Source: Kiritimatiellia bacterium (GTDB lineage: Bacteria > Verrucomicrobiota > Kiritimatiellia > RFP12 > UBA1067). Taken from it: a stretch of 64,000 nt of DNA. Positions 9,028 through 20,412 of this stretch are shown here, in pieces. Both the position numbers and the translations under genes were made by a program. Under the pieces are notes generated by a model. It saw only the letters and a list, made by a program, of their open reading frames with translations. It ran no database searches and was not told the DNA's origin. The stretch lies in assembly GCA_050949565.1 (NCBI GenBank), contig JBMNFY010000010.1, forward strand, positions 64,001-128,000, read 5' to 3'. Numbering within the stretch: position 1 is the stretch's first letter; each line of letters opens with the position of its first letter.

Positions 9028-9446
9028 CGCTGCGGGTGACGGTTTCCGTCGGCTTCGGGTTGAAAAAGGATCTTTTCGATCCGTAATCGCCGCTTGCCGG
9101 CCGGCACGCTCCACTCGATCGTGTCGCCTTCGGCATAGCCTAGCACGGCGGTGCCGACGGGCGAGATCACGGAGACCTTGCCGGTGTCAACATCGGCATA
9201 CTGCGGGAAGACCACCGTCATCTCAAAGGACTTACGGGCATCCAGATCCATCAGCCGCAGGCGCGTGTTCATGGTCACCACCTTTGCCGGAATCGCATCA
9301 GGCCCCACGATCGTGGCCTGCTTCACCTCCTCTGCCAGCACGGAAAGATCTTTACGGTCGCGGTCGTGCACGGCACCACCGCCCTCCAACAGCTCTTGGA
9401 GTTGCGTGAGATCGCGTTGCGTGATGTAAAGTTCGCGCTTTTTCAT
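9024..9446 (-). CDS. rnk: Nucleoside diphosphate kinase regulator (GreA/GreB-like)
   Basis: VVTMNT...VFP...SVISPVGTAVLGY.EGD.IEW...ILFQPEA; GGAGG RBS. Confidence 0.9.
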   Translation of the reverse strand: MKKRELYITQRDLTQLQELLEGGGAVHDRDRKDLSVLAEEVKQATIVGPDAIPAKVVTMNTRLRLMDLDARKSFEMTVVFPQYADVDTGKVSVISPVGTAVLGYAEGDTIEWSVPAGKRRLRIEKILFQPEADGNRHPQR

Positions 9447-9752
9447 AAAACCCTCCTTACGCCAATCGTGTAAGACGGTGAGAGTATATCATGCCGGAGC
9501 AAACGTTTCAAGCCGCGCACAACACAAGATGTCTCCGTTTTTCGAAGTTTCATGCGGTTACGCATACAATCGATTTGATCGGGAACAAGGTAGGCCCCTT
9601 CAGATAGTCATTGCGATCCGTGAGTGCTGTCTTGATTTCAACATCTGCGCGTCTGCGCAGTTTGCATAAAACGGGGGTGTGATATTCGGCGGAAAATGGT
9701 AAAGTGGTGACATTGTGCTGGTGGACGCTTATTGCCAAAGGAGAAAAGAGAC

Positions 9753-12700
9753 GTGAAAAGACATGCTAAACGGATGGTGTGGTGTGGTTGTGCGTTCATC
9801 GCCGTATGCGCGTTTTCGGCGCGGGCGGTGACCGGCGTCTGGACGAATGTCTCGGGGGGCTACTGGGCCGACGACGCGAACTGGCAGGGCGGCGTGGTGC
9901 CGTCTTCGTCGGGCGCGGAACCCGGCGCGGGGGATGTCGCGGACTTCACCGCGTTGCCCGTCGGTGAGACGGTGACGTTGACCAACTACACCGCCATCGG
10001 CAGCCTCTGGTTCTCGGGCTCGGCCGATGATCTCTGGACGGTGACCGGCGGCGGCCTGGGTCTCGCCAACGCGTCGGACTTTCTGGTGGAACGTTACGGT
10101 GAAATTCGGGTGAACGGGGGCACGCTGAATTTGGAGTCGCCGATCACCTCGTCCGGTGGTTACGGCGTGGCCAAGACCGGGGATGGCACGCTTCGGCTTT
10201 CGTCGAGGCACACCTACGGTGGGGCTATGCGCTTGAAAGCGGGGTGTCTGATGTTGACCAATGGCGCGGATCTGGCAGGCGCGGTGTTTGTGGAGGCTCC
10301 TGACGCCACGCTGCGACTTGAGGGCGACGCGCAGATCGGCGGTATCGAATCGCGGTGTATACCGCAGACGACGGTGGATCTGGGCGGGCATACGTTGTCG
10401 GTCGGGGGCGAGGCGAGCGTGAGAGTGTTTGACGGGTGTTTCACTAACGGTACGTTGCGTTTCACGCGCGGCAACGCGCTGGTCGTGACGGACGCGCAGC
10501 GTGTGTCATCAGTCAGGCTGGAGAATGGCAGTCTAGTGTGCGGGAACAGGGTGGATATCACCGGCTGGTGGCGCTTCGACGATGCGGCGCAGGTCGGCAG
10601 GGACTCCGGCCCGCGCGCCAACCATCTGACCACGCACGGCACGCAGGCGCAGTGGCTCGCCGACGATCCGGAGCGCGGCAGTGTGCTCGCGCTGGACGGT
10701 GCGGGAGCATGGCTCGTCGGTCCGAACGGCGGACAGATCGACGGCCTGCCGGTCTCTAACATGTCCTTTACGGTGGCCCTCTGGGTGAAGCCGGACGCGA
10801 GCGCAGCATCCTCAGCCGGGATATATGAGTGGGGGGTGGCAGGTTCTGCCCGGTAGTACAACATGCTCCGGCTCAACACGCCCTCCTCGGACAAGCCGCT
10901 GATGCACACCAACTGGGGCAACAACCATGAGATCCGTTACGCGCCGGGTCTGATGGATGGCGCGTGGCACCATGTGGCTGTCGTCTATCGCGACGGCTTC
11001 TTCCTCTACTATATCGACGGGGAGCCGATAGACAGCCGCTATGACGCTGCGCCGTTGCAAGTCGTGAACGGTAACTTCAAGGTGGGCAAAGGGTATTCTA
11101 ACGACAGTTTCAAAGGGTTGATCGATGATGTGTTTGTTGCGCGGGGCGCACTGTCTCACGGGCAGATCAGTGCATTGCGGCTGAGCGGGACATCGCCCGT
11201 CGAGAAAACGCTCGCCAATCTGCTGCTGGAGACGGCGGACGTCGAGATCGCATACAACGGAACCCTGAGCTTGACGGGCGACCAGGCGCTGAACACGTTG
11301 AGCGGCGCCGGCGCGGTGGGCGGTGTCGCGCTGCAAGACGGTGCGACACTGACCGTGACCGGAAGCGGCAGGCTGGACGGCGTGGTGACCGGTGACGGCC
11401 GGCTGGTCAAACGCGGCACAGAGTCGACACTCACGCTGGGCGGGCGGGTGGATGCCACCGGCACCGTCGAGATCGCCGAAGGTACGCTGGCGCTGGCTAA
11501 TCGTTATCCCGACGGTCTTCAGGCTCACTACCGTTTCGATGACGAGTCGAACCTCGGCAAGGACAGTAGCGGCAATGGTTATGACCTGACTGCGAGTAGC
11601 GCACCGGCCTTTGCGCCGGGGCTCTTCGGCGGCGCGGCCTCATTCACGGCGGCAGACAAGACCTATTTTTACGCGCAGACCTTCCCGGCCACGTTGCCGA
11701 CGGGGAACTCCTCCTACACGGTCGCGGCTTGGTGCAACCTCAAGGCGGGCGGCAACATACGCGGTATGCCGGTATATTGGGGTCGCGGTAACAATACCGA
11801 CAACGGCTCCGTGCTCTTCCGGTTCAACTCGACCACCGAGATCATGACCGCGAACATGGGGAACAACTGGACGGTGAAGGCAGGGTACGATTTGGCAAGC
11901 GATACGCCGGATGGTGGCTGGCATCATATCGTCTGTACCTACGATGCTGCGACGCACGAGCAGCGCGTTTACTTCAATGGAACTCGGGCTGCTCAACGGA
12001 CGATATGGGCAGACCTGACTGTAGGCGATAATACGTTCTGGCTGGGTGGCGCGCCGTACGGCACGACCAATTATTATGACGGTCTGCTTGATGAGGTGAT
12101 GATCTTCAACCGTGCGCTGGACGATGCCGAAGTCGCTGATGTGGCGACCGGCCTTTTCGCTGCGCCACGGGGATCGCGCCTGGCTGATCGCGTGGTGGCG
12201 CGTTATGATTTTGAAGACGCCGCGCAACTTGGAAAGGATTCCGGCCCCTACGGGTATCACCTCGAGCCGCAAGGCAGTGTCGCTGCCGCGGCCGGCAAGG
12301 TCGGGCAGGCGCTCTCGTTCAATACCAAGAATCAAGGGTACTTGACGTGGACCAACAGCGTCTTCCCGGAGGCGTTGCCGACCGGCAACGCGCCGGTCAC
12401 GATCACGGCGTGGATAAACCCGGTCGACAATCCTAACCCAAACGGCAGCGTTGTGTTTTGGGGAACGACGATTGACAACCGCAAGGGATGCCACATGCTG
12501 CGTCTGGCAGGGAACGCGGAAGGGCGGACCGTTTTCCGGTATGTAGATGGCGTGGCTTGGATCAGCGACGAGTCGTTGGTCTCCTTTGAGCGTGGCGACC
12601 GTGATGAGGGGTGGCATCACTTGGCGGCGGTGGTCGGGCCGGGCGGGCTGCGCTCGCTTTACGTCGACGGGGCGCTTGCTGCAAGGGGCCGCGTGAGCGG

Positions 12701-13487
12701 ACAGACCGTGGATCCCGGTAGCTTCTCGATCGGCTACAAACCTAATACATCATGGGCCTGGTTCCAAGGGATGATCGACGATGTGACGATCTATGATTGC
12801 GCCCTGTCGCGCGCCGAGATTCTGGAGACATTGCGTGGACGGCGCGACATTCTGCCGCCGGAGCGTACGGTCGAGGTGGCGGCCGGGGCGGCCCTTGATG
12901 TCGGCACGGCCGCGCAGCAGGTGAGCGGGCTCGGCGGCGCGGGCGAGGTGCGCATCGCGACGGACGGTGAACTGACGGTTGTCGGCGGCAGTACGACGTT
13001 CAGCGGTGTACTGGTCGGCACGGGTACGTTCGCGGTGCGCGATGGCGCGGAACAGACGCTGGCGGGCGATGGCACGTTTAGCGGCGCAATCACCGTTTCA
13101 AACGCCGCACTGCTGGTGGAGAGTGCGGCCACTGCGGCGGGTTGTGCGACGGTGGTGCAGGCTGGCGGGCGCATCGGCGGACGCGGCACGCTGGGCGGAA
13201 ATCTCTCAATTGAAAACGGCGGCGGGATCATGGCCGGGACGGCACCGGGTACGCTGACCGTGAACGGTGCGGTCACACTCGGCGCGGCAGGCATGGTGAC
13301 GCTGCCACCGGATTTCGAGGGCGGGCGGTTGACGCTGCTGGATGCTACGTCCGTCATCGCGCCGGACGGCGTGGCGGGATGGCAGGTCGAGCCGGCACAG
13401 CCGTCGACAGCCGTCGTGTTCCGCGCCAGCGAAACAACTTTCAGCGTGAGCGTGTTCCAGCAGGGCACGGTCTTCACAATACAATAA
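9753..13487 (+). pseudogene. Secreted protein with autotransporter-associated beta-strand repeats and 3 LamG-like domains; single in-frame TAG at 10854-10856
   Basis: ORFs 9732..10856 and 10863..13487 share a frame (GSAR*YNMLRL); signal peptide; KTGDGTLRLS; WHHVAVV/IDDV motifs; ends GTVFTIQ*. Confidence 0.8.
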
Positions 13488-13508
13488 CAAGGACGTAAGG
13501 AAAACAGG

Positions 13509-14894
13509 ATGATCAAAAAAATCGGAATGATGGTACTGGCGGCGGGGACGCTGCTTGCGAATGAGACGGATGTGATGAGCGCGGCTTACCGTGCGCAGTG
13601 GAACGCGCCCGAGGTGAAGACGCGCATCGAGCGCGGTATCCGCGAAAACCGTATGGCCGAGGCCGCGGTGCGTCTGCCGTCGGTCAAGCCGGGCACGGAG
13701 GTGAAGGTCGAACAACTCGACCACGCCTTTCTGTTCGGTGCCCACATCTTTAACTTCGACCAGTTGGGTGCTGACGACCTGAACCGCAAGTATAAGGAGA
13801 TGTTCGGCACCCTCTTCAATTCGGCGACGATCGCGTTCTACTGGAAGGCGTTTGAGCCGGAACCGGGCAAGCCGCGCTACCTGGCATCGGAACAGGACAC
13901 GGCGGCATACTGGAACGCGCTCAAGGAACCTTGGAAGGAGTTCCACTGGCGGCGGCCGTCGCCGGAAAAAATCATCGAGTTCTGCGAGTCCAAGGGTCTC
14001 GCGATGCACGGGCATCCGTTGATCTGGGGCAACACCGGCTGGAACCATCCCTCGTGGGTTTCGAAAGATCCGGACAAGCGGGAGGAGATGGAGCGCCTGT
14101 TTGAAAAGCGCGTCCGTGAAATCTGCGGCTACTACAAGGGGCGCATCCCGAGTTGGGACATCGTCAACGAGAGCGTCGATCCTGTGCCCGGTAAGCCGCG
14201 TTACGGTGTGATGCCGGAAGACTACACCTTCAAGGTGTTCAAATGGGCCGAGGAAGGCTTTCCCGCATCGGTCCGCTTCAATATCAACGACTCGTGGCGC
14301 GGGGTCTATCCGCCCTTTATCCGCGACCTGATCGCGCGCGGTGCGAAGATCGACGTCGTGGGGCTTCAGATGCACCTGTTCGGTTCACAGCCGGTGCTGG
14401 ACCTCGCGGCGGGCAAAAAGATCAACCACAACAACACCTCCTGGGCACCGGCGGATGTGATCCGCTATCTGGAGGAGTTGGACACGCTCGGACGGCCGAT
14501 CCATCTGAGCGAAATCACAATCCCCGCGCCCGGCGAGGACGCGCGCGCCAACGCGATGCAGGCCGAACTGACGCGCGACATGTACCGGCTATGGTTCTCG
14601 TGGCCCAGCATCTACAGGATTACTTGGTGGAATACGGTGGATGATTGTGGCGCCAGAGGCGAGCCGCTGAAATCCGGGATCTTCACGCGGCAGATGGAGC
14701 CCAAACCGGTGTTCCATACTTTGAACGGACTGATCAACGGCGAGTGGAAGACGCGCCTGACCGCGAAGCCCGATGCGGAGGGCCGCGTGACGTTCCGCGG
14801 CTTCAAGGGGCGTTACCGTCTGTCGTACACCGACGACGCGGGAACTGCGAAGAGCGTGACATTCAACTTGCTGAAAGATGGCGATGGTTTATGA
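13509..14894 (+). CDS. GH10-like (endo-1,4-beta-xylanase family) secreted protein
   Basis: HGHPLIW, WDIVNE, GLQMH, IHLSE; signal peptide. Confidence 0.88.
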   Translation: MIKKIGMMVLAAGTLLANETDVMSAAYRAQWNAPEVKTRIERGIRENRMAEAAVRLPSVKPGTEVKVEQLDHAFLFGAHIFNFDQLGADDLNRKYKEMFGTLFNSATIAFYWKAFEPEPGKPRYLASEQDTAAYWNALKEPWKEFHWRRPSPEKIIEFCESKGLAMHGHPLIWGNTGWNHPSWVSKDPDKREEMERLFEKRVREICGYYKGRIPSWDIVNESVDPVPGKPRYGVMPEDYTFKVFKWAEEGFPASVRFNINDSWRGVYPPFIRDLIARGAKIDVVGLQMHLFGSQPVLDLAAGKKINHNNTSWAPADVIRYLEELDTLGRPIHLSEITIPAPGEDARANAMQAELTRDMYRLWFSWPSIYRITWWNTVDDCGARGEPLKSGIFTRQMEPKPVFHTLNGLINGEWKTRLTAKPDAEGRVTFRGFKGRYRLSYTDDAGTAKSVTFNLLKDGDGL

Positions 14895-14902
14895 GAGAAA
14901 CA

Positions 14903-14991
14903 CTTGCAAAACCCTTTGCCTACAGGCGTGGCACGGGCATCTTGCCCGTGTTTCATGGGCGGGACGCCCATGCCACGAAGGGTTTTGCAAG
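14903..14991. repeat. REP-A (14928-14976) enclosed by outer inverted repeats CTTGCAAAACCCT/AGGGTTTTGCAAG
   Basis: GTGGCACGGGCATCTTGCCCGTGTTTCATGGGCGGGACGCCCATGCCAC. Confidence 0.92.
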
Positions 14992-15016
14992 AACCTCGAA
15001 AGGAAGGATGAGAGTG

Positions 15017-17611
15017 ATGAAAAAAAGTAGCGTGATGAGTGGGGTAGTGGGGCTGGCGGCTTTGGCGGTCTGTGCGGCAGAAGCGCCGCCGCTGTTTCCG
15101 TTTCTGATTTCGTATGACGCGCCGGACAACGCGGTCAACATGTCGCATCTGCTTGACGCGCCGGCCGGCCGACACGGCTTCGTGCGGGTGCAGGACGGAC
15201 GTTTCGTCACGGACAAGGGGCCGATCCGCTTTCATGCGACCAACCTGACCGGACCGGCGAACTTTCCGACACACGCGCAGGCCGATGAATTAGCCGACCG
15301 GCTCGCGCGGTTCGGCATCAACTGCGTGCGGATGCACTACTTCGACGCCGAATACGGCAACTTCATGACCCCCGCAGAGACCGGCATCTTCGGCAAGGGC
15401 GGTGGACTGCCCGGCGCGTTCAGCGCGGATCCGACCAAGCCCTTCCAGTTGAATCCCGACGCCATCGATCGGCAGGATTACCTGATCGCGGCATTGAAGA
15501 AACGCGGCATCTACGTCAACATGAACCTGCACGTCGCGCGTTTTCCCAAAGGACTGAGCTTTGTCGATCCGCTGATGATCGCTTCCGAGAAGGCGTATGC
15601 CAAGGCGCTGTTGACTCGCGTCAATCCTTACACCAAGCTAGCGTATACCGATGATCCGTGTATTGCGATGATCGAGATCAATAACGAGAACGCGCTCTTC
15701 AACAACTACAACGGCGGTGTGATCGACCGCGCGTCGGCGCGCGTCACCGAGGCGTTGCGGGGCCAATGGAACGCTTGGCTCAAGAAGAAATACGGTTCGA
15801 CCGAGGCGATGACCGCCGCGTGGAAATGGGTGTCGATGCCGCTGAGTGATGAGCAGGTGACCGAGGGTGCCTTTGATGCGCCGGTGACGTTTGACGGCCG
15901 GCGTTGGATCCTTGCCAAAGGATCTGCGGCAGTAACGGCAGCAGTCGAGGGCGGTGCGCTGCAAGTGACCGTCACGCGTGGCGGTGAGGAGTACTTTCCC
16001 AAAATTTTCCGTCGGGTCACCGTACAAAAAGACAAGCCCTACACCGTCTCTTTCAAGGTCCGCCGTACCCAAGGTGAGGGGAATGCCACGCTGGGCTTTG
16101 CGGTCGCGGACACCGAGGGTGGTTGGCGCTCGCTGGGCGTGCTCGATAAACTCACGGTCGGTAAGGCGTGGAAGCGTCACAGCTTTGTCTTCATTGCGGC
16201 GGACTCCAGTGACAAAGCTGAGATTCAGCTCACCCGCTTCCCGGTGGGCGTCTACGAGATTGACGACCTTTCGTTGCAGAGCGGCGCGGTCACGTCATTC
16301 GATGAGAAGTCTCGCATCGAGACCGCCAGTGTGCCGCTCCTGAAGAGCCGGGAGTTCGCGCCCCCGCAGGCGCGCGCCGACTTCACGCGTTTCCTCTGGG
16401 AGACGGAACGCGCCTATTGGACCGGCATTGCCTCCTACGTGAAAGACGAGCTTAAGGCGAAGGCACCGATTTCTGGTACGCAACTCGGCTACAGTCCGCC
16501 GCAACTTCAGGCGGAACTGGATTATGTGGATAACCATGCGTACTGGTGCCATCCGAGCGTAAACACGAAATGGGAGATCCGCAACACGTCCATGGTAAAT
16601 TCACTCGGCTGCATCCTCGGTTTGGCAGCGCAGCGCGTGCAGGGCAAGCCCTACACCATCAGCGAGTACAACCATCCGTTCCCGAATCAATACGGTGCCG
16701 AGGGCCAGCCGATGCTGCGCGCGTACGGTGCGCTTCAGGGATGGGACGGTGTCTTTGAGTACACCTACAACCACAGCCCGGACTTCAATCCGAAGCGCAA
16801 CACCTATTTCTTCAGCATCATCGCCCGCACGGATGTGCTCGCGCATTTCCCGGCCTGCGCGGCGATGTATCTGCGCGGCGACGTACGCGAGGCGCAGGGG
16901 AGTGTGGTTGGTCGGATGGATGATGTGACGTACTTCGAGCGGTTGGTCAAGCAGCGCGCCATTTCCGCCGGTATTGGAGCAAGCGGTATCGACAGTCGTT
17001 ATGCACTGGTCCACAAGGTGGCGATGGCGTTCCCAGAAGCGCTGGCGACGGATGGCCCGCAGCCCGCCACGCCTACGTGGGGTTCGGTCATCGTGAGCGA
17101 CACCGGCGAGTTGACCTGGAACCGCGAGCGCCCCGGCAAAGCCTACTGGACCGTCGATACGCCCAACACCAAATTGTTCAGCGGGTTCCCGGAGGGACGC
17201 GAAGTCACGTTGAACGGTGTCAAGCTGGCGATCGGTCCGACACGCCTGGGCTGGGCGACGGTGTCGTTGACTTCGCGGCATGCGACTGGTTTCGGCGCGG
17301 ATGGCGCGTCGGCCACAATCCTGCTGACCGCCACCGGCGTGGCGGAGAACGAGGGCACGCAGTTTGAAGTGCTCTCTGAGACCACGGCGGCGCTGCGCGA
17401 CCGCATGCACTGGGGTGAGGGAACGGTGCTGGTCGAGGGCATACCTGCTGTCGTGACGCTGCCCTCCGCCGCAGTGAAAACACGCTGCTATGCGCTCGAC
17501 GAGCGCGGTGCGCGCAAAGGTGATGTCCCGGTCGAAAGCGTGGCGGGCGGTTGCCGCATCACCATCGGACCGCAGTACAAAACCGTGTGGTACGAACTGG
17601 ATATCCGTTGA
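15017..17611 (+). CDS. Secreted clan GH-A (GH5-like) hydrolase with inserted CBM4/9-like domain
   Basis: GINCVRMH, MIEINNENA, DNHAYW, ISEYNHP, LQGWDG; signal peptide. Confidence 0.8.
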   Translation: MKKSSVMSGVVGLAALAVCAAEAPPLFPFLISYDAPDNAVNMSHLLDAPAGRHGFVRVQDGRFVTDKGPIRFHATNLTGPANFPTHAQADELADRLARFGINCVRMHYFDAEYGNFMTPAETGIFGKGGGLPGAFSADPTKPFQLNPDAIDRQDYLIAALKKRGIYVNMNLHVARFPKGLSFVDPLMIASEKAYAKALLTRVNPYTKLAYTDDPCIAMIEINNENALFNNYNGGVIDRASARVTEALRGQWNAWLKKKYGSTEAMTAAWKWVSMPLSDEQVTEGAFDAPVTFDGRRWILAKGSAAVTAAVEGGALQVTVTRGGEEYFPKIFRRVTVQKDKPYTVSFKVRRTQGEGNATLGFAVADTEGGWRSLGVLDKLTVGKAWKRHSFVFIAADSSDKAEIQLTRFPVGVYEIDDLSLQSGAVTSFDEKSRIETASVPLLKSREFAPPQARADFTRFLWETERAYWTGIASYVKDELKAKAPISGTQLGYSPPQLQAELDYVDNHAYWCHPSVNTKWEIRNTSMVNSLGCILGLAAQRVQGKPYTISEYNHPFPNQYGAEGQPMLRAYGALQGWDGVFEYTYNHSPDFNPKRNTYFFSIIARTDVLAHFPACAAMYLRGDVREAQGSVVGRMDDVTYFERLVKQRAISAGIGASGIDSRYALVHKVAMAFPEALATDGPQPATPTWGSVIVSDTGELTWNRERPGKAYWTVDTPNTKLFSGFPEGREVTLNGVKLAIGPTRLGWATVSLTSRHATGFGADGASATILLTATGVAENEGTQFEVLSETTAALRDRMHWGEGTVLVEGIPAVVTLPSAAVKTRCYALDERGARKGDVPVESVAGGCRITIGPQYKTVWYELDIR

Positions 17612-17683
17612 GTATGTTGCGGCGCATGTCGCGTGTCGAAAAATTTTTCCGCAGTGACGCGGAGCAAACATGGAGGGAAAACG

Positions 17684-19063
17684 ATGAAGAGAGAACTTGG
17701 ATGGTTGGCAGGGGTACTAGTCGTGACCGCTGCAACACTTGCGGTCGCGCAGACACCGCTTAACCAGCAGCAGGCGCGTCCGTCGCCGGCGTGGCTGACA
17801 GGCGGTGTGATCTATCAGATCCAGCCGCGCGCCTTCACGCCGGAAGGCACGCTCAAGGCCGCGCAGGCGCGTCTGCCGCGCTTGGCGGAGTTGGGGGTGA
17901 CGATTGCTTATCTGTGTCCGATCTTTGTTTCTGACGACGATATGGACCAAGCTTTTTGGAGCCCGCGTCAGAAGAAGTCGGGGATGAACAATCCGCGCAA
18001 TCCTTACCGCATGAAGGATTTTTACCATGTCGATCCCGAGTACGGCACGGACCAGGACCTCAAGGATTTCGTGGCGGCCGCGCATGCGCTCAAGCTGCGC
18101 GTGATGCTCGATATGGTCTACCTGCACTGCGGGCCCAAGGCGGTCTTCATCGAATCGAATCCCGACTTCGTGAAGCGGAGTGACGACGGTAAGATCAAAA
18201 ATGCGGGCTGGAGTTTTCCCGGCCTGAACTTCGCGAGCCCCGCGCTGCGCGAATACCTCTGGAAAAACATGGAGATGTGGGTGCGTGATTTCGACGTGGA
18301 TGGTTTCCGCTGTGATGTGGCGGATCAGATTCCGCTCGATTTCTGGGTGGAGGGGCGCGCGCGTCTCGAACGCATCAAGCCGGATGTCGGCATGTTGGCG
18401 GAGGGCATGCGCAAGGAGGATCAGCTCAAGGCGTTTGATCTGGATTATGGGTGGGGCCGCGCGTTTAGCCAGTTAGAGGACGGTGCGGCGATCCGCAAGC
18501 TGTGGACCACGAGGCGCGACGAGCGTCCGCGCGGCGGCGCGAAGTTCGCGCGCTTTATCGACAACCACGACATCGCCAACGATGACTACAACAATCGGTT
18601 GGAGAAACGCTGGGGCACGGCGCGCGTCGATGCCGCACTGGTCTGGTTGTTCACGATGGACGGCGTGCCCTTCCTCTACAACGGGCAGGAGGTGGCAGAC
18701 ACCGCCCGGCACAGCATCTTCGGGCGTGCGCCGATCGATTGGGCCAGCGGCGAGACCGAGACCGGCAAGGCGCGCTTCGCCTTCGTGCAGTCGCTTTGCG
18801 CACTACGCAAGTCAGAGCCCGCGCTCACGCAGGGCGACCTCGTCTGGCTGGATCACGACCAGCCGAAGGCCGTGAGCGCCTTTGTGCGCACGGTGGATGG
18901 CGCGCGTGTTGTATCGATCATCAACCTGACAGGCGAGCCGGTGAAGGTGAACGTGAAAGGGGCCGAGGGCGCTTGGAAGCCGTTGTTGTCGAAGGGTGCG
19001 GTCACTGATGGAGCTTGCAATTTTGAACTGGCCGGGCGCGGCTACTTTGTAGGGAAACAGTAG
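17684..19063 (+). CDS. GH13 alpha-amylase family protein, secreted
   Basis: DMVYLH, DGFRCDVA, LAEG, IDNHD, YNGQE. Confidence 0.92.
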   Translation: MKRELGWLAGVLVVTAATLAVAQTPLNQQQARPSPAWLTGGVIYQIQPRAFTPEGTLKAAQARLPRLAELGVTIAYLCPIFVSDDDMDQAFWSPRQKKSGMNNPRNPYRMKDFYHVDPEYGTDQDLKDFVAAAHALKLRVMLDMVYLHCGPKAVFIESNPDFVKRSDDGKIKNAGWSFPGLNFASPALREYLWKNMEMWVRDFDVDGFRCDVADQIPLDFWVEGRARLERIKPDVGMLAEGMRKEDQLKAFDLDYGWGRAFSQLEDGAAIRKLWTTRRDERPRGGAKFARFIDNHDIANDDYNNRLEKRWGTARVDAALVWLFTMDGVPFLYNGQEVADTARHSIFGRAPIDWASGETETGKARFAFVQSLCALRKSEPALTQGDLVWLDHDQPKAVSAFVRTVDGARVVSIINLTGEPVKVNVKGAEGAWKPLLSKGAVTDGACNFELAGRGYFVGKQ

Positions 19064-19064
19064 C

Positions 19065-20354
19065 ATGAAACGAATCGGATTGATGGGTTTTGCACTACTG
19101 GTGCAGATGGCGCAGGGCGCGGAGGTGATGAGCGAGGCCTACCTGAAATTCTGGGGGCCCGAGGTTCAGAAGCGCATCGACAACGATATCGAGCGCCACC
19201 GCAAGGCGGACGGCGCGTTCAAGTTGGAAGGGGCGAAGGCGGGCTGCGAGGTCAAGGTCGAGCAGATTTCGCATACGTTCATCTTTGGCGGCAACATCTT
19301 TCTGTTTGGCGACCTCAAAACGCCCGAAAAGAACAAGCGTTATGAGGACACCTTCGGTACGCTCTTTAACGCCGCGACCGTGCCGTTTTACTGGAAGACA
19401 CTGGAGCCGGAGCGGGGCAAGCCGCGCTACACGGCGGACAGCCCGTACGAATACCGCCGCCCGCCACCTGATCCGGTGGTAGCCTTCTGCGAGTCCAAAG
19501 GCATCAATATGAATGGACACGCGATCATCTACGGTATACGTGTCTGGGGACATCCGGAGTGGATGCCGAACGACCGTAAGGCGATGGAGCCGATCTTTGA
19601 AGCGCATATCAAGGAGCTGGCGCAGCGTTATGGCGCGCGCATTCAGCGCTGGGATGTGGTGAACGAGTCGATCGACCAAGCCAACCGCGGGCTTATGCCG
19701 GATGACTACACCTTCAAGACCTTCGCTTGGGCCGATAAGTACTTTCCGTCTTCAGCGCTTTTCAGCATCAACGATTGCGACATGCACTGGGGGCCGTCGC
19801 GACGTTACGTTGAAATTGCGCGCGACCTGATCGATCGCGGTGCACGCGTGGACATAGTCGGTGTGCAGATGCACATCTTCAACCCTAAAGAATCGCGGCA
19901 AATCGCCAACGGCGCGGACATCCTCACGCCGAAAAAGCTCTACGCCGTGCTGGACTGCCTTCAGGGTGCGGAACGTCCGATCCATATCAGTGAGGTGACG
20001 GTCAGCGCGCCGGATGACACGCCGGAAGGTCGTGCCGTGCAGGCTGCGATCGTCCGCAACCTCTACCGCCTTTGGTTCAGCTATCCCACCGCCATGGGTA
20101 TCACCTGGTGGAACGTTGTCGACGGTGGGGCGGCGCCTGGCGAACCCTCGTTCTCCGGTATCTACGACAAAGAGATGAATCCAAAGCCGGTGTATCAAAC
20201 GCTCGACGGTTTGATCAACGGCGAATGGAAGACTCGGTTGACGCTCAATGCCGGCGCCGACGGCAGTGTGAAGTTCCGCGGCTTCAAGGGACGCTACCGC
20301 ATCACTTACACTGATACCGACGGTAACGTGAAAACGACTGAAATCCTGTTGTAA
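19065..20354 (+). CDS. GH10-like protein, paralog of 13509..14894
   Basis: NGHAIIY, WDVVNE, GVQMH, IHISE; same C-terminus LINGEWKT...FRGFKGRY. Confidence 0.88.
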   Translation: MKRIGLMGFALLVQMAQGAEVMSEAYLKFWGPEVQKRIDNDIERHRKADGAFKLEGAKAGCEVKVEQISHTFIFGGNIFLFGDLKTPEKNKRYEDTFGTLFNAATVPFYWKTLEPERGKPRYTADSPYEYRRPPPDPVVAFCESKGINMNGHAIIYGIRVWGHPEWMPNDRKAMEPIFEAHIKELAQRYGARIQRWDVVNESIDQANRGLMPDDYTFKTFAWADKYFPSSALFSINDCDMHWGPSRRYVEIARDLIDRGARVDIVGVQMHIFNPKESRQIANGADILTPKKLYAVLDCLQGAERPIHISEVTVSAPDDTPEGRAVQAAIVRNLYRLWFSYPTAMGITWWNVVDGGAAPGEPSFSGIYDKEMNPKPVYQTLDGLINGEWKTRLTLNAGADGSVKFRGFKGRYRITYTDTDGNVKTTEILL

Positions 20355-20412
20355 CGCTCAACGTTCAACCTCACGCCAAGGCTTTGTAGGCGCGAAATTT
20401 TATTTTTGACAT

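Noticed and set aside
14645-15016. Long N-terminal ORF extensions (also 25338-25856, 32226-32330, 33875-34033, 50317-50379)
   Set aside because: They run through repeats or neighbouring genes; downstream starts have an RBS and a proper signal peptide or family N-terminus.
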